Source: Rhodosorus marinus CCMP1338 (lineage: Eukaryota; Plantae; Rhodophyta). From it: a stretch of DNA of 64,000 bases. A program made the position numbers and the translations under genes. Every line of letters starts with the position of its first letter. The stretch's first letter is position 1. Under the pieces are notes generated by a model. That model ran no database searches and was not told where the DNA came from. It saw nothing but the letters and a program-made list of their open reading frames with translations. This document shows, piece after piece, positions 13,447 to 24,363 of the stretch. Where the stretch lies: positions 1,984,001 to 2,048,000 of the forward strand of contig JAMWBK010000006.1 of assembly GCA_029953675.1 (NCBI GenBank), read 5' to 3'.

Positions 13447-15434
13447 TTATGTAATCACAGTTGGCTTCTCACGTCCGGTGAAACCTTTCAGGTTTGATAC
13501 TTGAAGAGCCAAGTCGATGTACTCCTTCAGAGCAACTTGGGCATCAAGCAGCTGCTTTTCGGGATCGCTCTCATACTTTTCAATGTACATGCGAATGGTT
13601 GCACCGGAGGAACCAGTTCCAGAAAGCCTGAAGATGATTCTCGAGCTGTCCTCGAAGGCGAACATGAGTCCTTGTTTTTGAGCTACCGACCCATCAATGG
13701 GGTCCGTGTAGGAAAAGTTCGTCGCTGTGGTCAACTGCAGACGCGCGGTAACAACGAAGCCATGCGTCAGCAAGAGATCCATTGGAAAAAGGAAGCAACA
13801 AAAATTTACCCTCTTGCTTACCTTGACGCCAAAGTTATCGAGCTTCATCAACCCGTCAACCGCGTTCTTGTTCAGTCCGTCCTGAACCTCCGCCAGGTGA
13901 CCCATCATCTTCGCGGCGGCATCGGTCTCCACTCCTTCGTAGTCATACCTACTGAAGAAGTTTCGGCCGTACGTGGCCCAATGGTCCTTGACAATGCTCT
14001 CAACACTGACTAGCGGAGCAGATGCATCAGCATTCTTGACGGCAAGAATCTGCAGCCAGCAAAGAATAGCGAAAAGCCCATCCTTCTCCCTCACGTGATC
14101 TGCTCCAGTTCCGAAACTCTCCTCTCCGCAGATCTGCGCCCTTCCAGCATCAAGCAAATTTCCAAAGTACTTCCACCCAGTTGGAGTTTCGAAGCACTCC
14201 AGACCAAGCTTTTCTGCTACCTTATCAACTGCTCCTGCCGTCGGCATCGATCTTGCGGCTCCAGTTATCCTCCCCTTGAAGTAGGGAATACACTCCGACG
14301 CAAGAGAGACAATGACAGCCAGCGAGTCGTTCGGAGTGACAAAGAATCCCTTTCCAAGAATCATGTTCCGATCTCCGTCACCATCAGAGGCAGCCCCCAT
14401 GTCTGGGGCCGAGTCGTTTTGCGCTGGATCACACTTCTTAACAAGTTCTGCTGCATAAGTCAGGTTCGGGTCTGGATGGCCCCCTCCGAAGTCCTCAAGA
14501 CACGTACCTCTCATAACACTGTTTTCCGGGGCCCCCAGAATCTCGATGAAGAGCTTCCTTGCGTACGGGCCAGTCACTGCGTTCATTGCGTCAAAGAGAA
14601 AAGTGAAGTCCTCTCTGGCAAAAAGCTTTTGAATGGATTCAAAGTCAAACATGGTCTTCAAAAGCTCAAAGTAGTCCTGTGTTGAGTCAATAACCTCCAC
14701 TTCAAACTCTTTCGGCCCAGAGAACTTGCTGACTCCGATTTTGTCAATGTCGAACATGCTCACGCAGTCAGTAGTTGAGTCAGTCTCGCTAGCTGACGCC
14801 ATCTTCAGCTCGGAAATTTGGAGAGTCTGCTCAAGGATCTTCTCAGTTACTGATTCTGGGGCTGGTCCGCCGTTGGACACGTTATACTTGATCCCGAAAT
14901 CCTCCTCGGGTCCAGCCGGGTTGTGGCTTGCAGTCAAAATGATTCCACCTGGTATCCATCACCCGGGATTAGCGAACGTGGGGTATCGATCTTTGAAGGA
15001 AAACTACAGGCTACTCACCGTATAGACCTCGTTTCCGGATGACGGCCGACAAGCCAGGGGTACACATGATGCCACTCTGTCCAATGATCACCTTGGCAAC
15101 ACCGTTACCAGCTGCAAGTCGCAAAATAATTTGGATCGCCTCCTTGTTGAAATATCTCCCATCACCGCCCAGAGCAATCGTCTTCCCTATAGCATAAAAG
15201 AGCAGAGTTCCCACTAGATGTCAGTTCCGTAACAAAACCAGCATGCCAAAACCAAAACCATGCAACGAGCATCTCCAAACCTTCCAGATCATCCAGAGAA
15301 TTGAACAAGCTCTGAACCCAATTGGCAAGATAGTTCTCCGACGTGAACAGCTTGGTCTTCTTCCTAAGACCAGAGGTACCAGTCTTCTGGCCCTCGATCG
15401 GTTTCGTCTCCACACTCTTCACAACAAACGACAT
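13447..15434 (-). CDS. PGM1: Phosphoglucomutase, multi-exon
   Basis: [20 protein letters not shown], active-site TASHNP, metal loop [41 protein letters not shown]-terminal GREKPTVIT. Confidence 0.96.
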
Positions 15435-15485
15435 ATTTGATACGTTGCTGCAACTATAATCCTCAATACAAACAGGATTCTTCAA

Positions 15486-15535
15486 CCTTCCCTTCCCCTC
15501 CCTTCCCCCCTCCCACCCTCCCACCCTCCCCGTTC
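15486..15535 (-). promoter_or_regulatory. G-quadruplex-prone tract in PGM 5' leader
   Basis: Minus strand reads GGGGAGGGTGGGAGGGTGGGAGGGGGAAGGGAGGGGAAGG, about 50-100 nt upstream of the PGM ATG. Confidence 0.5.
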
Positions 15536-16257
15536 AAGATTCCCAACCCAGTATATGAACTTCCGCAAACTCGAATCCCTTCATACTTCCCCACTCAGCC
15601 CAAACCCCAAAACTTTCAAATTGAAAAATAAAATTCCCATCATCAAAATCTCAGCTGCCAAACTCCTTTAGATTCACAGGTTTCCTTTGTCCCAATAGAA
15701 AAATCCAATTTTCACGTCTGTTCGTCAACTGTTACCTACCCATATATTTTCAAAAAAAAGGAACAACGGACCGTACACGAGAGGCCATTTCGACCACCCC
15801 TTAGTTAACTCCAACAAGTCTTCTTATAATTAAAATAATTACACATATTTCAGCGAAGGTAGATACTCTATTTGAGGGGTGGGATAGATCGTCCTGTGAA
15901 TCCGATGCGGTCGATGTTGGATTTTTGTTTTATTCATATTGTGGAAGAAATTTGGGCCAACGTCGTCCGTTAGAATTATTTTGATTGAACAGATTTTTTT
16001 GATTGACTGAGTAGAGCGTATGGTTCTGGTTGGATGGGTATGGAAGGGGACTGGATAGGTGGGAATGGGTCGGCCTGTGGGGTTGTAAAAGCCTCGAGTC
16101 GTCGGAGCTATAGTGTCTCGTAAAGTAGAGGAGCGTTTGTAATCATAGAGGAAAAATGCTCAGCTCCCAGCAGTAGGGGCTGGAGTGTATTCGAATGATC
16201 GTGGATGGTAGTCCTATGGCGTTTGGAAGAGCGCCACCTACGATGTGGGTCAAAGAA

Positions 16258-16440
16258 CGGCAATGATGAATCTACTTACTCCGACAAACTGCTAGCTCTC
16301 CTTTTGCGTTGATCGTACAGTTTCGAAGAGCATAGGCGTAGTCTCTCCTCGTGGGCCTCTAGTTCTGAAGCGGTAGGGTTGGTTGTCCGCGATGATGTTC
16401 TTTACACTCTCTCAGCAGTGCCGCGACCAGCTGATTGCCG
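16258..16440 (+). ncRNA. Candidate box C/D snoRNA/scaRNA (~183 nt)
   Basis: Terminal stem CGGCA(16258-62)/TGCCG(16436-40); box C ATGATGA 16263-69; box D' CTGA 16365-68; internal stem GCGG/CCGC; box C' GATGATG 16391-97; box D CTGA 16431-34. Confidence 0.7.
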
Positions 16441-16571
16441 AGCCAAACTGGGCTCTTCCCCTATGCGGATGGGAGAGGGCAGTTGGGTGTTCTTGCGTGT
16501 TCAGTGAACCCAGCACCACCTCCCCCACCCGGCCCCTATTGAAATCCTCCACATCGGAAGAGAAGACTGAT

Positions 16572-16731
16572 CCAGCCCACCACAGACGTCCGAATAGATG
16601 TTGTCGCCTAACTTTGGGGCCTGTCTGCCATCTCTGGTAGAATAATAGAGTTCATTGAGCGTGGAATCTCATCCTCCGATCGAGAGTCGATCAATAAGAT
16701 TCTAGTCCACCGGGATTCTACTCCCATATAC
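16572..16731 (+). ncRNA. Candidate box H/ACA snoRNA
   Basis: 5' hairpin (CCAG/CTGG, AGAC/GTCT), H box AGAATA 16639-44, 3' hairpin (TAGAGT/ATTCTA, GTGG/CCAC, GAATCT/AGATTC, GATCGA/TCGATC), ANA box ATA 16726-28. Confidence 0.4.
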
Positions 16732-17437
16732 GCACGACCACGCAATTTGCAGTTTCTTCTCCTACACCGCGCTGTACTGTCACCTCCAATCTAAGTTTTC
16801 CAAGGACCGCATTCTGCCAGGGACCAGAAAACCCCTCTACCAGGACGCTGGCGTCCCTCCTAGCGCACCCTAAAAAACCCTCACAGGCCGGTCCATTTGG
16901 GCAGCTGCAGTCCGCACGCGCCCGAACCGATACTACTTGCCAAGGACGCACCAAAGCCCGAATCGGACTACGCTCATTCTTTCCAACGTCTAACCTAACA
17001 GTATCCTCAGAAAGTATATCATTCCCTGTCTTCAGCATTACAACATGGGCCAAAGCTTCAGTATCTTCTAAGCAAATCGACGACTCAACAGATTTTTTCT
17101 ACGCAGCATTTCAAAACCAATATAATTTCTTCGAATTTATTGAATTCAGAAGGTTTCATGAGAAGATCGTGTAGTTTTTCCTGCGCATCTGCTATGTATG
17201 GCTTACTTGTGTACGAGATTGGAAATGGGTTTGGGGAGGGAGGTGGCAGATGGATGATGTCGATGAAGTAGAACGGATTTCGTAGTGCCGTAGAAGGAGT
17301 GGAAACGGTCAGGGATCTTTTGCAAGATTTTGTTTGCAGGGGAAAGCAGTTTGAGTGTTTTTTGTTGCTTAGTTTGGGTTGAGAAAGTAATCTTATTGAG
17401 TTCTGGGGGGGGAGGGGCTGGTTGGGGGGTTTTCAAG

Positions 17438-19614
17438 ATGATGGAAGAGGATGAGATTGTGGACGGAGGGGATTTGGGAGCGGATGGGGCTGTTGGGGAC
17501 AATTCGAATGCTATGGATGAGCTTACCGAGACAATGAAGAAGGTTAATGTGAATGGAGTTCCGTATGAACCGCTTGCTGATGGTGAATACGATGCGATTG
17601 TCTTGGGAACTGGACTGACAGAATGTGTCATTTCCGGGATCTTGTCCGTGGCCGGTTTGAAGGTTCGTAGATGTGCGTCTTGTCTTTGATTTGTTCAGGC
17701 AGTGGACTTGATGATGCTTGCTTAGAAGGGGGGTTCCGCGCGAACGGGAAAAACTTGGGTTACCACTGCATAGGGATGGAACCAGCCTCGCGTTGCTTGT
17801 CGTTTACAAAAGGTACCTCCCAAATTTGACTAGGTTTTACACGCGGATAAAAATGAATATTACGGAGGCCAATCAGCATCAGTGAGTTTAGAGCAATTGT
17901 TCGACAAGTTTAAGGAGTCAAAGGTGGAGCTGCCGAAGGACGTCTATGGAAGCTCGAGAGACTACAACATCGACTTGATTCCGAAGTTCATCATCGGAAA
18001 TGGCGACTTAGTTCGGCTCTTACTTCATTGTGACGTTGCGAAGTACTTGGAATTCAGAGTTGTCGAGGGTTCGTTCGTTTACAGCGGCTCCAGACCCCAC
18101 AAGGTAACACAACACGTGCTTAACTTTCTGGCCTAAAACAAAATCTGTTAACTGGCCTTATGGATCTTTGACAGGTCCCTGTTACTGCGCGAGAGGCGAT
18201 GACATCTGGTCTTCTAGGACTGTGGGAGAAAAACAGATGTAGGCAGTTCTTCAGCTATGTGAACGGCTACAATCCAGACGATCCGGAGGCACATGAGAAG
18301 AAGGACTTGAAGAAAATGACGATGCGGGAGTTGTTCAAATACTACGCACTACAGGCTGAAACAATAGAGTTTGTCGGTAAGAGCAGGTCACAAGCTATAG
18401 CGTGCCAACAGGCGAAGCTGGAGTTTGTTGATACGATGTGCTTTTACTCATCTTTGTCGCAGGTCACGCTTTGGCTTTGTACACTGATGATACTTACTTG
18501 GACAAGCCTGCGGAAGTCACTGTAAAAAAGATCCAGCTATACGCAAACAGCCTGCTGCGCTTCACGAAGAGCCCATATCTGTATCCTTTGTACGGTCTAG
18601 GTGAACTCCCTCAGGCGTTTGCTCGACTGAGTGCAGTCCATGGAGGTGAGCAGTGTAAAACGAGCGCAGAAACAGTGTTTGGTCGAACATACGTTTGTGA
18701 CCTCGTCTATGACTTCGTTTTGCTTAGGAACATTCATGCTAAATACGCCAATTGACGAGATTCTGTACAACGGAAGTGAACAAGCGATTGGGATAAAATC
18801 AGATGGCAAGGTTGCGACTTGCAAATATATTGTCGCCGCGCCTGAGTACTTTAGAGAGAAATCGATGCCCGTTGCAAAGGTAGCTATCTGAAAATGACTG
18901 CTGAGAGAAGCTTTTGAAGTCGAAGTCGGAGGGCCGACAAATTCACTGCAACAATCTTCTTATCGTGTGCAGGTCGTACGGTGCTATTGTATCCTGGCCG
19001 AACCACCACCGCATACTCGAGAATCTGGATCCTGTCAGATCGTCATCCCTGCAGCGCAGGCTAAGCGCCAGACTGACATCTATGTCCTTGTCCTCTCAGC
19101 GGACCACAAGGTTACTCCGGGAGGGCGCTATGTGGCGCTTGTGTCAACAACTGTGGAAACTGACAATCCCGCCGTAGAAATTCAGTTCGGCCTCAATCTC
19201 CTTGGTCATATCATTGATAAGGTGGTTACTGTTGATGACGTCCTGGCCCCAAGATCCAGCGGAAACGGTAAGCAAGTCCCGAGCAGGTCATCGATATCTG
19301 TCTGCTGATACAATCGGGTGACTTTGACATGGTGGATGAATCAGATGATAAGGTTTTCCTCTCGAGGGGCTATGACGCAACAACTCACTTCCAGACGACA
19401 AGCGCTGATGTATTCGATCTTTATAAACGGGTGAGTTTCGGAGCGCGCGGGGGAAAACCCCGCCGGTTCATAATCGCTCGCGACTTGGTGACAATTTTGG
19501 GACTCGGTTCTCCGCAATGGTGGTTTCTTACTTACTACTTTTCCGTTTCGCTTCTTTAAGATCTTTGGTCAAAACTTGGAGATCCAGACGAAGAACGCAT
19601 CAACAGAGGAATGA
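17438..19614 (+). CDS. GDI1: Rab GDP dissociation inhibitor, multi-exon
   Basis: [92 protein letters not shown] at 19612-14. Confidence 0.95.
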
Positions 19615-20307
19615 CCTGGTTAGAGCAGTTGAGGATGCAATGTGTGCTGCGATGTGAGTGGCGATTTCACTCTTATGTTCGTGACAACGAGAAAAAGGTT
19701 GTACATGTTCTGGCGGTCTGAAATCCGGTTCGCTTGGTACACGTGGTGTGGGCTGCGTACTTGGTTCATCCCCGAAGCGACTGGACGGATTGAGCGTGTC
19801 GAGTCCTTAGACGGCTTTTGGGACAGGCTGACCACGGAACTCCGAGATCGCTCATTCCATTTACAACAAGTAAAATCCAGCGCTTAGAGCAGGACTATAA
19901 CAGACGCATACTGTTCAGCCTCCAAGGTGGATTGTAACGCGTCCCCCTTTAGACAACTGTGCTCGACCCGCGCAGCTGTTGAAAGTGGCTAGCAGTCGAC
20001 GAGCTGACCAAAAACAGAGTCATTGAGAAATCCCTCTAGACGCAGGTATAGGAGCCTTACGTCGAGGTCGTGGCTTGCCCTCTTCCTGCTCGTGTGACAC
20101 GATACTTGTTTCATGAACTCGGACCTCAACACTCCTCATGCAGGAAACCAGCCTGCCTTCGGACGATTTTTTCTGCACACTCTCATCGTTCGTCATACAC
20201 AGCTTCGTCCAAGTAACGTCTTCATGTCAACCACCCCCCAAGAACGCCCGCGATATCTTTGCACCCCAGTTTCTGAAACTTCAACACGTCAGATACTAGA
20301 ATTGGGA

Positions 20308-20478
20308 GTAACCTTGATTGTAGCATTGGTTGTAACATTGGTTGTAACATTGGTTGTAACATTGGTTGTAACATTGGTTGTAACATTGGTTGTAACGTTG
20401 ATTGTAACATTGGTTGTAACATTGGTTGTCCCACATTGGTTGTAACATTGATTGTAACATTGGGTGTGAGACATTGGT
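20308..20478 (+). repeat. Tandem 12-mer array (ACATTGGTTGTA)n, about 14 units
   Basis: Read directly; the core units are near-perfect and the edges degenerate. Confidence 0.95.
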
Positions 20479-22058
20479 AAGGTGGTGATAGGGCATGCCT
20501 CTGCGGTTATATGGCCGGACCTGTCTGCCCTATGCATATTACGATACTAATTTCAACGGTTTTGCCCTAAAATATGCCCTATTTGCTGGTCAAATCGTCG
20601 ATTCCAACTCGTCCGCTCAACTTTTGATGCCCTATAGCAAGCCCGATGCAAGCCCTATGCAAGCCATATGGCCCTATGCCAAGGTGTTCTTATGTACGAA
20701 CTCTAGGAGCAGATGAGAAGATGTGAAATCGACGGGATAGGGTGCGAGCTCGTAAAATCGCTTCTGCTGGATGGTTAAGGGAGTAAGAACGCTGAATATG
20801 GTCGAACAAGGGTGCTATGGCGGAGGTGTGGTTGCAGTACATCCGTCTGCGGTTTCGAATCTGACGTTTTAGCTACTGTTGTATCATGCACCCCTTGATC
20901 AAGCGAAGAGCTCTTCGTGTTTAGAGAGCTGAGATCTTCTGTGCCTGTTGAACGCGTTCATCGTTGCAGTCGGTGGTAACCAGGAGAGTTGTGGTCGAGA
21001 GCTTCCGCGAAGAAGCTGGCTGCGGCTTCTTTTTCTTGGGGTGTTTATGTTTGGTTTGTGGCTTAGCGCACCCCAGGAGAGTTGATGTCGGGAGCTTCCC
21101 CGGAGAAGCTGGCTGCGGCACCTTTTTCTTGGCGTGTTAATGTTTGGTTCGTGGCTTACCGCACCCGTTTACCACGCGTTGAGACCTATTTTTTCACTGC
21201 TCTTCTACTCTCCCGTTTTGTCTTGGTTTTCATGCTCTCGGGCTTGTTGTCTGAATATGCAATGATGAGGTTGTACTACTAGAAGTAGGTTTTTTTTAAG
21301 TGAACATTGACTTTCACCTGCAGTTCTTTGATTCCCCGAATGATTTCAGGGCCTTTCCGATCTCCACATTGCTTCCTTTGGCCTGTGCAAAACTTTCAGA
21401 AGCGGATGCGGAAGGAGTGCTGAGTATCTCTTCGCTTTCTCCCAGCTTGGCTTTCTCCTCTAAGATCGTGTCCGAGATCAGGATCAAGATGTGCTGAAGT
21501 ATCGAACTCATCAACATCTGGTACAGAATTTGTTTTCAAGTCTTCCTCTCATGCTTCTGTTCAGGGAGCTGGTGAAACCGTTGTTTACCCGGTTCGCATT
21601 GAATCTACCTCAAAAGTTGCATTCGTGTATGCAGTCGGATGTTCATCATCATCCGTTCATTCAGAGCCTAAGTACCCCGAGGAAAAGCGAGTGTTCCGTG
21701 AATTTCTGCTCAAACTTTTTCCTCGAAGCTTCCGGTCAGGTCGATCTCATAGACTATGAATGGTATTGTGAATTTTAATTTAATAATTCATTATAACGAT
21801 AGGGTGATGATTTTTCTTCATAATACGAATGTACTTCAGAATAGCCTATTTTATAAACAAAACATAACACAACCATAGGGCATGAATTAAAAATATATCT
21901 ACTAAATAGGGCAATGAAATAGCATTAAAATTGGCCTTATGGCCCTGTGAAAATGGTGCAGAATCGAGGGGTACCCCGAGTTTTTTTCATTATGCAGGTG
22001 GCCTATCGAAACCTACAAAGAGGTGGCCTTATGACCCTATGGCCCCATATTACCACCT

Positions 22059-22358
22059 TAACACTGGTTGTAATATTGGTTGTAACATTGATTGTGTAAC
22101 ATTGGTTGTAGCATTGGTTTGTAAACATTGGACGTAGCATTGGTTGTAACATTGGTTGTAACAGTGGTTGTAACATTGGTTGTAGCATTGGTTGTAACGT
22201 TGGTTGTAACATTGGTTTGACATTGGTTGTAACATTGGTTGTAACATTGATTGTAACTCTGGTTGTAACATTGGCAGCAACATTGGTCGTAACATTGGAT
22301 GATGTACCATTGGTCTTAACATTGGTTATAATATTTGGTTTTAACATTGGTTGAAACA
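22059..22358 (+). repeat. Second tandem 12-mer array (ACATTGGTTGTA)n, about 25 units
   Basis: Same unit and orientation as 20308-20478, more degenerate. Confidence 0.95.
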
Positions 22359-22443
22359 CATGTCACCGGGTTGCGGTCGAAGGCTTGATTGAGGAGTGTG
22401 GCATTAAGAAGATGACAGTAATGGTTTACCAAGTTTGTTCTGG

Positions 22444-23788
22444 ATGAAACTACAACGCCAATCTATGATTGAGAAGGCTCACCACGGCTGCGTTTGGTGC
22501 GTAGCCTGGTCGCCATCTGGTGAGCTTCTCGGGAGCTGTGGGAATGATTGTGAAATTCATGTTTATGCGTTGAAGGAGGATGGGGAGCCTCTGGTTCCAG
22601 TGGTAAAAACGCGAGAGAATGCGTTTACTAGAACTATCCGGTCAATATCTTGGAGGGCCGATGGAAGGCACGACAAGATCCTCCCGGCTTTTTTTGAAAG
22701 CGCAGAAGGGGTTTTCGTTCCATGTCCTGACTTCTGTTTTGTCCGCGCTGTCGTTCACAATTTTGCAGGAGCATTGCAGCTGCCGGATTCGACGCGACGG
22801 CTTCGATTCTTAGCTTTAAAAACGATGAACTTGCGATTGTTGGTTTGCTTGACCTTCACGAGAGTGAGGTACAGATCAATCCGCCTGCCAGGAGTCCAGT
22901 GGAATAGACTGCAGATTGCCGGTCGCGGGCATACCTAACGGTAGTGTTTCGTTCGCCTCTTAAAGGTAAAGAGCGTATCCTACTCCCCTTCCGGAGCTCT
23001 TCTTGCCACATGCAGTCGCGACAAGGTTGTTTACATATGGGAGAGCGGCATGGACGACGATTTTGAATGCATTGCGGTTCTAAACGGTCACAAGCAAGAC
23101 GTGAAAGATGTCGTTTGGCATCCTACATCAGAACTTCTCGCTAGTGCTAGCTATGACGATTCTATCCGTCTATGGTACTGCCCGCTTTCCCCCAGCTCGG
23201 TTCAGAATTGACAACAGGGTCGTCCGCACTGACGTTGAGACTCGCCAAATGAAACCTGCAGGAAAGAGGACTATGATGAATGGTACTGCTGTGCCAAACT
23301 CTCAGGCCATACCTCCACCGTGTGGTCGTTAAGCTTTGACGAGACGGGAGATCGATTGGCCTCTGTGTCTGCAGACAGGCAGCTGATTGTCTGGCGGCAG
23401 TCCAGCAAGGAGGGCAAGCCCTTGGGGTCTGATCCTCAGTGGAGGGAGGTTTGGAAAACCGACGAGACCGAGCACAAGAGACCAATCTATTCTGTAAGGC
23501 TTGTTCACACACGATCGCTTGTCCAGAAATTCTTATCATCCGGTTCCACACGTTAAAACAACTCAGGTGGACTGGGTCGGTAGTCGTATTGCTACTGGCA
23601 GTGGTGATGATTGTATAAGGATATTCACGGAAACATCTAATGATACCTTTGAAATAACCAGCTGTCAACCAAAAGCCCACAGAGGAGACGTCAACTCTGT
23701 CGCCTGGCACCCACAGAAGGAGGGCTTGCTCGCATCAGCCGGTGACGATGGAGATATCAAGATTTGGAAGCTCGAGGAGGATGTATAA
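22444..23788 (+). CDS. CIA1: Cytosolic Fe-S assembly WD40 protein CIA1, multi-exon
   Basis: [128 protein letters not shown]. Confidence 0.95.
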
Positions 23789-23931
23789 TTGTCGAAAAGT
23801 GCTTAGTGTTTTTATGCCACTCGTTAGAGTGATGGTAGATGCCCTCACAACTGGATCGCCTATCGACTTATTGCCGACTCGAACCCTTCGCTCGCGGACA
23901 ACCTTTGAAGTGGGAGCCCTGTTCCTAAGAA

Positions 23932-24250
23932 AGAATCCAGCACCGTCTACTGTTTGTGCGTGCTAGCCTATTGCACGTTCGTGGTGATTTTGCGCTGGGT
24001 GAGGATGCAAACATCGATAGTCGTGAACTAGCGGTGTTTAACAGCAGGTTGTGCTATTGCTATGGGTAGAATCGCAAGGAAGACCTAGAATCCAACACCG
24101 TCTACTGTTTGCAAGTGCTGCCTATTGCACGCTGGTGGTGATTTTGAGGTGATTTTGCTCTGGGTGAGGATGCAAACATCGATAGTCGACAATTAGAGGT
24201 GTTTAATAGCAGGTTGTGCTATTGCAGTGGGTAGAATCGCAAGGAAGACT
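23932..24250. repeat. Tandem duplication of a ~155-bp unit (23932-24086, 24087-24250)
   Basis: Both copies start AGAATCC..ACCGTCTACTGTTTG and end GGGTAGAATCGCAAGGAAGAC. Copy 2 has an extra GGTGATTTTG. Confidence 0.9.
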
Positions 24251-24363
24251 TAATCACTGTATAAAATAAGAGTAGCTGCACAACCCAACATGAAAAAAAA
24301 AAGACTTCAACGCCTCCTCGAAGACGGGAAAGTAACCTCTTCAGGTACAGTACGTGATCATGG

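Larger units (their letters stand above)
19950..22380. mobile_element. Putative degenerate non-autonomous repeat/transposon relic bounded by 12-mer arrays
   Basis: Two arrays; clustered TGCCCTAT (20520-20680) and reverse-complement ATAGGGCA (21870-21915) motifs; GGGGTACCCC palindrome at 21968-77; internal ~90-bp duplication (21010/21110); stop-riddled coding-like interior. No transposase motif recognised. Confidence 0.4.

Noticed and set aside
16990-16999. CTAACCTAAC as a telomerase RNA template
   Set aside because: Isolated 10-mer resembling the common CTAAC branch-point motif; no supporting structure and no telomeric arrays in the window.
20113-22359. ORF-track peptides such as (VVTL)n, (MLQP)n, (CYNQ)n and (NVTT)n, or a CRISPR-like array
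   Set aside because: These are translations of the 12-bp array in different frames. The units are contiguous with no unique spacers, no cas genes are present, and the context is eukaryotic.
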